The notes: generated by a model not told the origin, from the sequence alone. Positions 25,226 to 38,330 are shown, numbered from the stretch's first letter. The stretch: 64,000 bases of DNA from Carcharhinus amblyrhynchos (GCA_965287045.1 OZ336876.1:82274001-82338000), one strand, 5' to 3'. Made by a program: numbers and translations.

Positions 25226-26645
25226 CTACAGTTCTTGCGATGATGGGAACGCTGAAGATGACAACAGTTGATATTCAATACCCCAAGCAATCCACCAGTC
25301 ATGTTTCAATGCTTATTCAGACTTCCATATTGTAAAAGGTGTAGCACAACTGTGAAAGTAACTCTTAGAAACGTGTACTTTTTGATGTTATGCCCTAATT
25401 TATCAGAAGTTGTGCATTTTGGATTGTGTTTTGCAACTTGAAAGATGGGTGTATGTTACTGATGCCTTTTAGTGCTTCTCTGTACCTAACTTAATAGTTT
25501 AGGTTGCAGATTTGCAGCTGTTGTGTGATGAGCCACTTGGAGTAATGTGTTTGTATTCTTGAAAGTGCAAATGTATATAATTTCATTGCAGAGCCTAGGA
25601 TGTCATGTCTTCTGTATACCTATTAGCTTACAGCCATGATTCTGATAGCAATTTGCATATAAACTACTGTGCTCACACCCTTCAAATCTTCCAAGTCTGA
25701 AGTTTTATCTGAAACAATTCACAACTGCAAAAATTGGGTTAAACATGCTATCAAACTGTTTTTGAGGAAACATCTGTGCATTACATTCAGAATTATTTAT
25801 AATTCCTTAAAGTAATATAAAATTTGATGTTAAACTTCCATAGTATGCACTGATCTTGGCAGTATGGTATTACCTGACAAAAATGTATGCTATTTGCCAA
25901 GGCAGAAGATGTTATCTAAATAGATCTCATATTTATATCTATGCGTGTATTTAATTTTTTATGTTACATTATGTATTCCTTGCTTAATGGACCAGCAGTA
26001 AAATATTGGACACTGTGTGAGAATGCATATTTTGGAAAAGATGACAATAATGGATTTATGTTCTCAGATGGTGTTTTCATTACAAGGGATCACAAAATAG
26101 TGCAAATGTGCATTTTTTTGTCCAGTACCAATCTTCATATCTTTTTCCATTCAACATATCATTTTTTGCATTTGTTTTTAGTTGGAAGTACTTTTATCAT
26201 TAATGTTGTCAGTACATTTTTATGCGCAAATAGATGGTCTCGAACATTGCCCAGAATGTTTTCTCCATCCCTCCACTCTTAAAGGAACAACATGTACTGT
26301 GTGATTCCCAGGGAAATGTCATACATTGTTTGCGCAAACTGCTTGGCAAAAGGTGTAGGCACCAACAAAGGAGATCACTGTTGATCAGTGGGATTAGTGT
26401 TCTCAGGCATGGCAGCTGTTTTGTAAAAATGCTATGCAGTTTGAAAGTGTTTCATTTATGTCTCTTCAGATCTATCAGTATATCTATATATTGTACCATT
26501 CCAAGTAAATGTATCTGGAATTAATGTGGGGAAAAATACAGTATATTTAAAATATTACTCTTTTTATTTAAATTTGTTTGATTTTTTGTTTATGATCCAG
26601 TGCATGTATGCCCTTTGAGATGCAATAAATGCATTGAACAAAGTA
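25226..26645 (+). other. SNAP91: SNAP91 terminal exon / 3'UTR
   Basis: Acceptor tactttgcag| at 25225, followed by a repeat-free AU-rich stretch ending at AATAAA 26624-26629. Confidence 0.75.
26624..26629 (+). terminator. Polyadenylation signal of SNAP91
   Basis: AATAAA with TGTA about 20 nt upstream and U/GU-rich sequence (tgtccttctttgtg) downstream. Confidence 0.7.
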
Positions 26646-26943
26646 AATTTAGATAATTATGTCCTTCTTTGTGCACATTTAATCAATTAAGCCTCTTGCT
26701 AAAACTGTTAACGTTTCTTCGCATCCAGTTGAATTATTGACCTATGTAAAGTCCCTTGTACCTATCTTGGAATTTCATGCTTCACTGAACAATGTAAACT
26801 TGATGTTTGTCTGTAGTTTGCACAGGACTCTCCTCATTTATGAGGTAAGCCAAGGTAGTTTCTGATTTCCAACTCGTACTCTACAACCTGTTGAAGTGCC
26901 TGTCAAAATCTAGCTCTGTGGTAACGAAGAGGCCTCTCGGTGA

Positions 26944-27270
26944 TCATAGAAACCCTACAATGCAGAAGGAGGCCATTCGGTCAACTGAGTCTGCACTGAC
27001 AACAATCCCACCTAGGCTCTGTCATCCACTTAACCCCTCATTTACCCCACTAATCCCCCTTACCTGATCATCCTGGGACACTAAGGTAATTTTGCAGTGT
27101 CAATGCACATAACTTGCACATCTTTGAACTGTAGGACAAAACTGGAGTATCCAAGGAAACACACAGAGACACAAGGAGAACATGCAAGCTCCATACAGAG
27201 GGACCCAAGCCAGGAATGAAACCCAAGTCCCTAGAGCTGTAAGGCAGCAGTGCTAACTACTGTGCCGCCC
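26944..27270 (-). mobile_element. HE1-like V-SINE with CR1-type tail
   Basis: Same head/V-domain/tail layout as 17255-17585. Confidence 0.82.
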
Positions 27271-28064
27271 AAGGTCCTGGAGCACAACAATTGCCAGGGG
27301 TGGGATTAACCTCCAAGTCAAATCATTGCAGTGGGGAAGCACTGACAGCTATAGCGTCAATCTGTTGCAGTATCATTCCATTCACTATCTGCTAAGCAAT
27401 CTGAAAATCTATGTCTTATTGTGTTTCTAGTCTCAAAATGTTAAGCAAAAAGCCTTTTAGTATGTAGTGTGACAATGCAAACCACCTGAATGGGTTTTAA
27501 CTGGAATACCCAAAAATATAATTTAGGTGTGAATAATTCAACTACAAGTTTAGGAAAATGTAATTGTGGCATCTTATCATCCTGCATGAAGGCATTAATC
27601 AGCTGCTTCAGATTTCTAAACATCATGGATCAAACAGCATCAAATTTATTCTGAAAGCATTTCTGATTATTCTACTTCACAAAGAGTTGATTATTTTCTC
27701 TTGGAGCTATAAAAACAAAGCTTCAATTTGAATAAAGAGTCAAACAAAATCAATGAGGGATATCTTGTGGAATGAATACACAGTTCAAAGGCTTTTTTGT
27801 ACCTTGCCCTGGAGATTTCATAAATTAGATGGACCACTTGTGTGAACCTGAGCAGCAGAGTACCATTCATGCTGAGAGTAGGCTGGCTTCGCTAAAAGTG
27901 CAAAGATCAACCCGACTAAAATAATGGTCCAGTCCTGGTGGTAGAAATGGCAATCTTAGAATTAAAACTAGAAAATTTGACAGTGGAGGAAGCCATTCGG
28001 CTCATACCTATGCGAGCAGACTTGTGCTGTCTAATCCTGCATTCCTGTTGTTGGCAGCATAAGA

Positions 28065-28455
28065 TAATGTTGTATAAGATAATGAAAGGGATGGATAGGG
28101 TAGAGGTAGAGAGATTCTTCCCGCTCAGAAAGGACAGCAAGACTAGAGGGCACAGCCTCAAGATGGGGGGGGGGGGGGGGGGTGCAGTTTAGAACAGAGT
28201 TGAGGAGAAACTTCTTCACTTAAAGGGTGGTCAATCTCTGGAATTCTCTGCCCGTTGAAGTGGTGGAGGCTACCTCGCTAAATATATTTAAGACATGGGT
28301 AGATAGGTTTTTGACAGACAAGGGAATTAAGGGTTATGGGGGAAAAAGTGGGAAAGTGGAACTGAGCCACTTCAGATCAGCCATGATCTTATTGAATGGC
28401 GGGGCAGGATCGAAGGGCTAGATGGCCTACTCCTGCTCCTATTTCTTATGTTCTT
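28065..28455 (+). mobile_element. CR1 LINE 3' fragment, young subfamily
   Basis: KIMKGMDRVEVERFFPLRKDS...VNLWNSLPVEVVEA plus tail. Confidence 0.9.
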
Positions 28456-28459
28456 AGCA

Positions 28460-29935
28460 ACATTTTGCAATTTATGTCCAAGACTTGATGACAGGATTGA
28501 AGATATGATAGCTAAATTTGCAAATAAACAAAGTTGTAGTTGAGACGTAAAAGCAGAGTCTTGCAAAAACGCCACAAAGTTGCAGATGGATATAGGTTAA
28601 GTGAATGAGCAAAAATCTTGCAGATGGAGTATAATTTGGGAAAATGTGAAATTGCTCACTAATGCAGAGTATTATTTAAACTGAACAACTGCAGTAAATG
28701 AAAACAACCAGAATTCCAAGGATCTAGGTGCTCTCATGCATGACCCACAGATTTAGTACACAGGTACAGTTTCCATTAAGAAAGCTAATGGAATGCTACT
28801 GCTTATTGTGAGATGAATTTAACATAAGGATGTTATGCTTCAGTTATACAGGATGATTGGTGAGAGCAATTCTCAAATACGGTGTGCAATTTTGGTGGTC
28901 TCATTTAAGGAAGGATGTTGATATGTTAGAGGTAGTTCAGAGGTGATTTGTGACATTGATGCATGGGATGAGCTGGTTGCCCTTCAAGGGAATGTTAGAC
29001 TGGGACTGGGATTGTTTCCGTTGGAGTTTAGAAGAGTGAGGGGTGACATGATCAAAGTGTACAAAATCCTGAATGGTATTGACAAGATGGACGTAGAAAG
29101 CATGGACAGAATAGCCACTGAATGCTGACTGAGACAGGAAAACAGGGGTGTAGTTCTACAGCTGAGTTTTCTTTCCAGATTTTGGTGCAAACAAACACTG
29201 GAGCATTGTTTTAATTGTCATGGTGGCAGGGCCTGACACAGCTGGCGTTAGATCAGAGCACTATCTTTAAAGGTACAATAAAAAAAACTTTCCACGGATG
29301 ACATTGCCCACCCACTCTCCTGGCATTGGGGTGCCTCTAACAAGCGTAAGGTCCCCACCCCCCCCCCCCCCCCCCCAACTCAAGGGAAACATTTCCCTCC
29401 CTCATCCCAATGGGGAACTCCAGAGGGCCTTTCCTGGCTCTGTTAGCCTGGCATTTATTGACATGAGGATTCTGCCCTTACTGGATGGGCACCTTGTTAC
29501 ATTATGGGTGACAGCCGTGGAAAATTGGAAAACGATCTCCACGGCAAGAATCTTGTTTCCTGACTCAAGATTTTGGGCCTGTGTTTCTGTTTTTGCAGAT
29601 AGGTAACAGGATCAAAATTGCTCCTAACGTTTCCGCTAATGAGCAAGTGTGGATCTAGAGGGTACAGTTTTAAAATTAGGGATTGCCTTTATAGAACAGA
29701 AGAGATTTTTTCTTGACGTTTGTGCAACTTTGAAACTGAGCCTCAGAAGTCAGTGGAGACAGGGTCACTCTGTATATTTTTAAGGCAGAGGTAGACAGAT
29801 TCATGTTAAGGAAATCAGAGATTATTGGGGTAGATGGGAATGTAGAATTCAAAACAAACAGATCAGCCGTGATAATATTGAATGGCAGAGCATACTTTGT
29901 GGGTCAAATGGCTTTCTGCTCTTATTTCTATGTCC
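28460..29935 (+). mobile_element. Old CR1 3' half, split by a GC-rich insertion (about 29150-29630)
   Basis: RT C-terminal motifs 28490-29110 (KFA, LGLFPLEFRRVRGDMIKVYKIL) resume at about 29650 and run to a CR1 tail. Confidence 0.7.
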
Positions 29936-30098
29936 ATATCCCCTATTCCATCTGTTCTGCTAATATCATGGAAGCATCAACAGTACTCTTCCCTTTGTCC
30001 CATTATACTTACCTATAGCCTACCATTTATTTTGTATTTCCTTGCATTTTTTGCACCCCACAGTGTGTGTTAGGGCATCAGATCAGAAACTCAATGTA

Positions 30099-32046
30099 TG
30101 TTATGAAGCCCAACTAGACACTCAACATTTTCTACTTTGGCATAAATGCGAGGAAAGGATGCTTTACTCTGAGTAATCCCGCTGACAAATTAGGCACCTT
30201 TTTAACAAAACAAACTTTATTCATAACAGTTTAAGTGTAACAAATGAACTAATTTAATTCTTAACCATTGAGCTTTTTTTTAAACATGAAATCTTAACTT
30301 CCAACTTATTACAATTCAGTTCCAATTAACAATATTTCTCTTATAGACTTATAGATTTTTCTTGTAGATTTTTAGAGCAGTAGACCGAGGGGAACCAGTG
30401 GATGTCGTGTTTTTAGATTTCCAAAAGGCGTTTGATAAGGTGCCTCACAAAAGGTTGCTGCAAAAGGTTAGGGTGCACGGAGTTGGGGGTAAGGTGTTAG
30501 CGTGGATAGAGGATTGGTTGTCTTAATAGGAAGCGGAGAGTTGGAATCAGTGGGTGCTATTCTGGTTGGCAGTTGGTGACTAGTGGAGTGCCGCAGGGAT
30601 CAGTGCTGGAGTCTCAACTGTTTACTATTTACATAGATGACTTGGAGGAGGGGGCTGAGTGTAGGGTAACGAAATTTGCTGATGACATGAAGATGAGTGG
30701 AAAAGAAAATTGCGTAGAAGGTGCAGAAAGTCTGCAGAGAGACCTGGATAGGCTGAGTGAGTGGGCAGATGGAGTATAATGTTAGCAAATGTGAGGTTAT
30801 CCACTTTGGTAGAAATAATAGTAGGAGGGATTATTATTTAAAAGGCGAAAAGCTGCAGCCTGCTACGGTGCAAAAGGACCTGGGGGTCCTTGTGCACGAA
30901 TCGCAAAAAGCCAGTCTGCAGGTGCAGCAGGTGATCAAGAAGGCGAATGGAATGTTGGCCTTTATAGCAAGGGGGATAGAATATAAAAGCAGGGAGGTCT
31001 TGCTGCAACTGTACAGGGCACTGGTGAGGCCGCAGCTGGAGTACTGTGTGCAGTTTTGGTCGCCACATTTGCGGAAGGATATACTGGCCTTGGAGGGAGT
31101 ACAGAGAAGGTTCACCAGGCTGATACCGGAGATGAGGGGGTTAGCCTATGAGGAGAGATTGAATTGACTGGGTCTGTACTCGTTGGAGTTTAGAAGGCTG
31201 AGGGGGAACTTATAGAGATGTATAAGATAATGAAGGGGATGGATAGGGTAGAGATAGAGAGATTCTTCCTGCTTAGAAAGGATAGCAGAACTAGAGGGCA
31301 CAGCCTCAAAATAAAGGGGGGGGGGCGCAGTTTAGATCGGAATTGAGGAGGAACTTCTTCACTGAAAGGGTGGTGAGTCTCTGGAATTCTGTGCCATTGT
31401 AGTGGTGGATGCTACCTCGCTGAATATATTTAAGTCACGGGTAGATAGGTTTTTGACAGACAAGGGAATTAAGGGTTATGGGGAGAAAGTGGGAAAGTGG
31501 AACTAATCCACTTCAGATCAGCCATGATCGTATTGAATGGCGGGGCAGGCTCGAAGGGCTAGATGGCCTACTCCTGCTCCTATTTCTTATGTTCTTATGA
31601 CTTAAACACCACTTTAAAAAAAGACCCACTTTAGTAAGTCCAGGCATACTTCCTTTAGCCCTTTTTAACAGCTTTGGAGTTTCTAGATAGTTTTTGGAGA
31701 GAGAGAGAGCTACTTGTAGATTGCTATCTTTAAACAGCCCTCCCCTGAAATGAGAGCTGTTTTCTTCAACTACGTATCTTGCTTCTCCTGGTGCTAGTAT
31801 CACGTGACAATATGACCCTGTATACCTAACTCACCTTTCAATTAATATAATCAACAAAACACACCAGGGTCCTCTTCTTTGGTAAACTAAATCTAAGTAA
31901 ACTTTCTGCTTTTTAAAAAAACACTTGTATAGCTAAAATGAGTAATTATCCTGCTTTCCAGTATCTACTGTATTCCTACCAGACAAATTGTAACAAAACA
32001 CAATCTTAAAGCAGTCCCTCCTCAAAGATAGCACAGTATCATTACA
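30099..32046 (-). mobile_element. Possible solo LTR interrupted by the CR1 at 30375-31598
   Basis: TG...CA termini on both strands (tgttatg / attaca) and a minus-strand AATAAA at about 30216. No clear target-site duplication. Confidence 0.3.
30375..31540 (+). mobile_element. CR1 LINE RT/3' end, young subfamily (tail extends to about 31598)
   Basis: [30 protein letters not shown] and LEYCVQFWSPH, with a few frameshifts. Confidence 0.92.
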
Positions 32047-32221
32047 ATAATGAACAAAAATTTTTATTTGATATCTGGAACATTGCAGAAGTGTCTGGAG
32101 CTCATGGGTTAATATGTTAAAATATTGAGTTTTTTTTATAGAACAAGTTAACGCATAAAGTCCTTTCACTATCTTCATCCAATAGCTATGATTTAAAGTT
32201 TTAGTTTAGAAATGTTTACAG

Positions 32222-32510
32222 TTTATTTGTGTCACAAGTAGGTTTACATTAACACTGCAATGAAGTTACTGTGAAAATCCCCAAGTCGTACACACCCTGG
32301 CACCTGTTCAGATATACTGAGGGAGAATTTAGCATAGCCAATTGCACCTAACCAGCACATCTATCAGACTGTGGATGGAAATCAGAGCACCTGGAGGAAA
32401 CCCACAGGGAGAAGGTGCAGACTCCACATAGACAGTGACCCAAGCCGGAAATTGAACTGGATCCCTGGTGCTGTGAGACAGCAGTGCTAACCACTGTTAC
32501 CATGCCACCT
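32222..32510 (-). mobile_element. V-SINE with non-CR1 tail ('type B')
   Basis: tRNA head + V domain, with minus-strand tail gattttcacagtaacttcattgcagtgttaatgtaaacctacttgtgacac.aataaa. Confidence 0.85.
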
Positions 32511-33944
32511 AAGCTGAAAAATAACTACCTTATGCATTTCTAGACAGAGAATGTATTCAGCCCCATTGGAACAATGAATGTTTGTTGCAGGGTGTCATTT
32601 TGAATACAATGTGTTCTTACAAGCCTTTCTCCTGTGTAATTATTTTACTGGCATCTGAGAGTTCTGAGCACATGCAGAGTTTGGTGGGCTTTTCAGTCTG
32701 GAAGAGGGTGACTTGTAAACAAGATCTGTTTTATTCATGCTCCTATTTTCTAGTTACCATTTTTATTTCTATATATTTCTATTAAACGGGATAAAGGGAC
32801 ATGGAACAGATGGGGAGGTGAATTTGACACCAGGGAGAGATCAGCCATGATCTGATTGAATGGCAGAGCAGGCTCAAATGGTTAAGTTTGCCTACTTCTG
32901 TTCCTGTTACTGAATTATTGTTATTATTACATTTTATTGTCTAAAGAAGTTCCTTTTAAACAAAACATTCAGCTGCCTTGTGGTCTTAAGTCACCACAAA
33001 TCCTTTGGCAATGAGGAGAAAATGGCAAAAACAGTCCACAGTTACTCAACATGCAGCGTGGCAACATGAGGTTTCATACAGTGAGTAGCTAGTTGTCATT
33101 GTGGGTTTATGTGATGAAATTACAAGTTAGAAGCACCATGACTATGTTTGGAATGGTCCCTATGTTCAGTTGAGTGGAGCGAGGGCTGCACTGAACACGA
33201 GAGGTTGCAGCATTCCTTTTTAACAAATGAAACAGAAGATGAATAGAAGCAGCACTTGGTTATCCTGAGTGTGTGTGAGGCAATGAGGAGGAATCTGGCC
33301 ATGCCATCGAAACTGTGGAGATTTCATTAGCAGATTTAGTTGCTCTGGTCCTGAATCACTCTAACTTAAAGCTCAAAGTGACTATTCAAAGATTCAAATT
33401 TCACAACCATTTTCAATAAGCAGTTCAGGCGGTAGCTAACTTTGGCAGAATTACCCCAACTCTCAGAACACTTGTGATTTTGGATTAGTTTTAGAAAATA
33501 GGCTAATTTATGGTAATGAGGACAGCATTCAATATTGGCCACTGACTTGAAGGCTTTAGAAATTTTTTTGGAAATGGCTGCCAATACTAAAGATATTCAG
33601 GAAGCTAATGTTGGTGGGGCATCAAATGAAGAAAGAGGTTGCAAGCAAAAAGGTGGAGTACTTTAAATGTGGTGGGCCACACCAAGTGAAGCATTACTAA
33701 TTTTATGGATGATGTTTCTCAGCAGTGCAGCAAGAAGTGGCATTTAGCAAAGATGTGCCCAGGTGAGAACAAAGCAAAATTTACTGAGCAAGTAAATTTG
33801 AATAAGCCTCAATTAGCTACACATCATCTAGACAGCTCAGAGTAGGCAGGGGAATGAGCTTATGCCTGGCTCGCATCAACAAGGTATGAGCAGAGCCTCG
33901 ATCAACAAATCAAGATAGAGGTGGACATGCCCAAGTATGATTCC

Positions 33945-35070
33945 AACCAGTGGAGAGTTTGTCCCCTGATACCTATTGATTCCAGTTTCATTAGAGCTTC
34001 TTGACACTACACTCGATCTAATGTGGCCTTAATATCAAGGGCTGTCACTCTCATCTCACCTCTGGAATTCAGCTATTTTGTCCATGTTTGAACCAAGGCT
34101 GTAATAAGGTCAGGAGCTGAGTATCGCTGGTGAAACCCAAGTTGGGCATTGCTGAGCAAGTGCTGCTTGATAGCACTGTTGATGACCCTTTCCATCACTT
34201 TACTGATGATCTAGAGTAGACAAGACAGTAATTAGTCGGGTTGGATTTGTCCTGCTTTTTGTGTACAGGACATACCTGGGCAATTTTCCACATTGTTGGG
34301 TAGATGCCAGTGTTGTAACCATGGTGGAAGAGCTTGGCTAGGGAATTGGCAAGTTCTGGAGCACAAGTCTTCAGTACCATTGCTGGGATGTTATTATAGC
34401 CCATTGCCTTTGCAGTATCCAGTGCCTCCAACCATTTTTTGATATCACGTGGAGTGAATCAGGTTGGCTGGTGACTGGCATCTGAGATGCTGGGGACCAC
34501 CGGAGGAGGCCAAGATGGGTCATCCATATGGCACTTCTGGCTGAAGATTGCTGTGAATACTACAGCCTTATCCTCCATCATTGAGGATGGGGATATTTGT
34601 GGAGACTCCTCCTCCAGTGAGTTGTCTAATTGTCCACCACCATTCTTGACTGGATGTGGAAAGAGTGAGGAGCTTAGATCTGACCCGTTGGTTGTGGGAT
34701 CGCTTAGCTCTGTCTACCACTTGCTGTTTTTGTCATTTGGCATGCAAGTTGTTCTGTTTGGTAGTTGACACCTCATTTCTAGGTATGCCTGGTGCAGCTC
34801 CTGGCATGCCCTCCTACACTCTCCACTGAACCAGGGTTGGTACCCTTGCTTGATGCTAATGGTTGAGTGGGGGATAGGCTGGGCCATGAGGTTACAGATT
34901 GTGCTGGAGTACAATTTCTACTGCTGTTGATGGCTCACAGCACCTCATGGATGCCCAGTCTTGAGTTGCTAGATCAGTTTGAAGTCTGTCCCATTTAGCT
35001 TGATAGTGCCACACAACACAATGGAGTTATTCTCAATGTGAAGGCGGGACTTTGTCTCTACACGGACTGT
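33945..35070 (-). mobile_element. Non-LTR retrotransposon fragment nested in the Gypsy element
   Basis: Minus-strand ALDTAKAMGYNNIPAMVLKTCAPELA...WKIAQVCPVHKKQDKSNPTNY, the RT N-terminal region. Confidence 0.8.
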
Positions 35071-37019
35071 GCTGTCGTCAATGTACACAAATATTTGAAT
35101 TTTGATCTGACATTACACACATTTCACAAAGTCAGGCATATCTTGTCCTCGCCATGCCTCCACACCTACACCCACTGCAGAGGCTTCTAGCTGATCTTGG
35201 AATGACTACTGCCTCCATCTTTATCTGGTACAACTGTTATTGGCGTCTAACTTCAGGTCTTCACTATCACTGAAGAGCTCAGCTAATGCAGTTCTTACAA
35301 GGTGCTAGTTGCATCTGGGAATTCTGCTGACTTGTCTTACAAAAGTCAAATGTACTCAATACTGACTTTTGCAACAGAGATGTACTAACTTTGTAACAGA
35401 AATCTGTAGTCCTTTTTTTTATTAATTCTTAAACCTCCCTACATAATCATGTTAAGACTTCAATCTTTATTATTTATTTCCCTGTATAGTATCATACATC
35501 CTCACGCTACTCACTCTTTCAAGCCCAGAACTGCACCCTGTGCCATGAGAACAAAGGTGAAGGTGATGGAATGGCTGCAAAGGCTTGGAATCATTGAACC
35601 TATTCAGTTTTCTCACTAGGCAGCTCCAATCATTCCAGTCCTTAATAATGATGATACGCTGTGCATGTGTGGTGACTGCAAGCTCATCATTAACTATGTT
35701 TCCAAATTAAATGCTTATCTATTGCTTAGGACGGAAGATTTATTTTCAACTCTTCCTGGAGGAGGACTCTAAACAGTACATTACAGTTAAAAGGTCTGTT
35801 AAAGTACAATTGTTTGGCTTTTGTGGTATCCTCCAGTCCAGAGATTTTCCAAAAAATGATAGACAACCTGTTACAAAGCATTCCACATAGCAGTCTATCT
35901 GGATGCTATCTTGATTATGGGGACGACTGACGAGCACTTCAGCAATCTTTGTGGGACTTTTCATGAACCACATGTTTTTGGTTGTTGGAGATGTGCATTC
36001 AAATTGATTGAAGCATATGAGTAATATTACAGCTCCTGTGACAATGGAGAAACTTCATCAAATTTTTGGAACTCATGCCCTATCTGATTTGCTTGTTTCA
36101 GATAACGATGCCATGTTTACAAGTAAGTTATTTTAAGAATTCATGCAAAAAAATGGTATTTACCATGTGTGTACTGCACCATTTCATTCAACTTCAAATG
36201 GTTTTTACTCCAGTACCACATCATGCCACAATTCACAACCATACTCTCTCTAACGGAATTGTTGGTTAGTAGAAGCCCAAAGTCTCACCTGCGTCTACTT
36301 CATCCAGATCTGGATTTTGCAGGATCCAGATCTTCTGCAAAAGTGAGCAGGAGACAAGAAAAGCAGAAGGAGGTACACAACTATCACACCAAAGTGAGGC
36401 AATTTAAACTGGCTGATTAGGTTAACATCAGGAACTTCGAAAGTAATGAAAAGTGGTTACTGGGAATAGTTTTAAATCAAAGTGGTCCAGTATCTTGGGT
36501 CATTACACTACACAATGGAAAAATGTTTCATACAACAAGACCATATTCATTTATGTTGACTCAGATTCAGAAAATGTTTCAGTCAGCAACTGTTACAGAC
36601 AACATGACAGAAGGTAATGCTGCAGTGGGAAGTGGTACCTGTGTTTCCAGGTTGACTCAGCTGAGAGAATGGAAGAGGAATGTTCATGTACACATTCTCA
36701 TTCTCCATCTTCACCTACGATTCCTGATCAACTGTTACAAGATTCACCAGTATTGCATAGGTTGCAATGTAACCTCAAAGCCCCTGACAGGCATTCATAT
36801 AGTTAAGACATTACTTGTGTTGTATTTCTGTCTGATGGGGGATTGAAATTTACAGTGGGAGAAGTATTACAGAGTGTAATGTTGAGTACAGATTATTCTT
36901 GTCAGCCTTTTCTCCAATGTAATTGTTTTACTAGCGTCTTTTGAAGGTTTTGAGCATGTGTGGACTTTGACAGACTTCTCAGTCTGGAAAAACGTGACCT
37001 GTAAGCAAGACCAATTTTA

Positions 37020-37280
37020 AGAACATAAGGAATAGGAGCAGGAGTCGGCCATCTAGCCCTTTGAGCCTGCCCCGCTATTCAATAAGATCATGGCTGATCT
37101 GAAGTGGATCAGTTCCACTCTCCCACTTTCTCCCCATAACCCTTAATTCCCTTGTCTATCAAAAACCTATCTACCCATGACTTAAATATATTTAGTGAGG
37201 TAGCCTCCACCACTTTAATGGGCAGAGAATTCCAGAGATTCACCACCCTTTGAGTGAAGAAGTTCCTCCTCAACTCTGAT
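37020..37280 (-). mobile_element. CR1 3' fragment inserted in the Gypsy 3' LTR
   Basis: SELRRNFFTQRVVNLWNSLP...GEWN plus tail. Confidence 0.88.
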
Positions 37281-37959
37281 TTTAATAACGTTCCTGTTCC
37301 CATTGTTATTACTGTTCTGCTGAGCTACTGTTACTGTTAAATTTTATAAAAAGAAGTTCCAGCTTTTAAACAACACATTGGGCTACCTTATTTGTGATCT
37401 CAAGTAACCAGTTTGTGACTTCCTTTAATCTGAAAATGACTAGGTTCAGAGTTTTGATGAAACGTTCATGGATTCCAATAAGAAATAACATCATGTAAAT
37501 TAATTAATAATCGCTGATACTTTATAATGTAATGATGCAATAGTTTTTAAACTGCAGCTTTGAAATTTTGAGATCATTTTCCTGTGAAGCCCCGTGGGGA
37601 TGTGTTACTATGTTAAATGTTCTATATAAATGCAAGTTGTTTGAGAAAATTTATGAACATTTCAATTTTAATTGATAAGCCACTTTAAAGTTAGTTATGG
37701 AATATTGCACCACAGATGGAGGTCTGTGTTTGTTCTCTGAAAGATAATAAGGAAAAATATTTTGCAGATTAAAAAGCTAAAAGCAAGTTGAAAGTTAAAA
37801 ATAAATGAAATAGGGATGGAGGGCTAGGTGATGTGTTTTATCTACATGTGGGAGCTGATGGGGGGGAGCAGGGAGAGGCAGGAGGTCCTTGAACACTGTT
37901 TCAGTCAGCTGTCACATGCCTTAGATTAACTACCTTGAATTCGGCCAGTGGTCAGCTAC

Positions 37960-38330
37960 AGGAGAGTGTGGCTGAGAATGAGGCAGGTAGAGGGATCCAA
38001 GGGATAGCACTGCAGGAATCTCAGGCCTTGTCCTAGTCCAACAGTAACAATATTCTTGCTCCTTGTGTGGATGAAAGAGGGGACTGTAGGAAGAATGAGC
38101 AAAAATCGACCATGGCATTGTGGTTCAGGGAGCTGTTCAAGTGGGGAAGAAAAGACAAATGCAGTCGTAGCTGGGGATGGTATAGTCAAGGACACTGTTC
38201 TTGGCAGCCAGGATCAGAAGTCTCAAAGGCTGTGTTGCCTGTCTAGTGCCAGGGTTTGGGAGATCAGCTCGGGGCTGAGAGAAAGTTGCAGTGGGAGGGA
38301 GAGGATCCAGTGGCTGTGGTCAAGGTAGGT
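37960..38330 (+). mobile_element. CR1 ORF1 esterase remnant
   Basis: NAVVAGDGIVKDT...RLCCLSSARV resembles the CR1 ORF1 SGNH block VVGDSIV...VCCLPGA. Confidence 0.6.

Larger units (their letters stand above)
32583..37410 (+). mobile_element. Decayed Gypsy/Ty3 LTR retrotransposon with both LTRs
   Basis: 5' LTR about 32583-32998 and 3' LTR about 36865-37410 are diverged direct repeats. PBS-like tggcaatgagg at about 33007, purine tract before 36865. Gag remnants (QRFKFH, C..CGGPH, HLAKMC), RT (GIIEPIQFS-*AAPIIPV, CGDCK, PEIFQK, VYLDAI) and integrase (MFLVV.D.HS, LVSDN, FTS, NGI.HV.TAPFH). Confidence 0.85.

Noticed and set aside
25941-26524. ORFs of 113 and 96 aa
   Set aside because: They lie in the AU-rich SNAP91 3'UTR and show no recognisable protein features.
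35070-35480. Unassigned segment inside the Gypsy element
   Set aside because: No motif I can identify with confidence; needs a database search.
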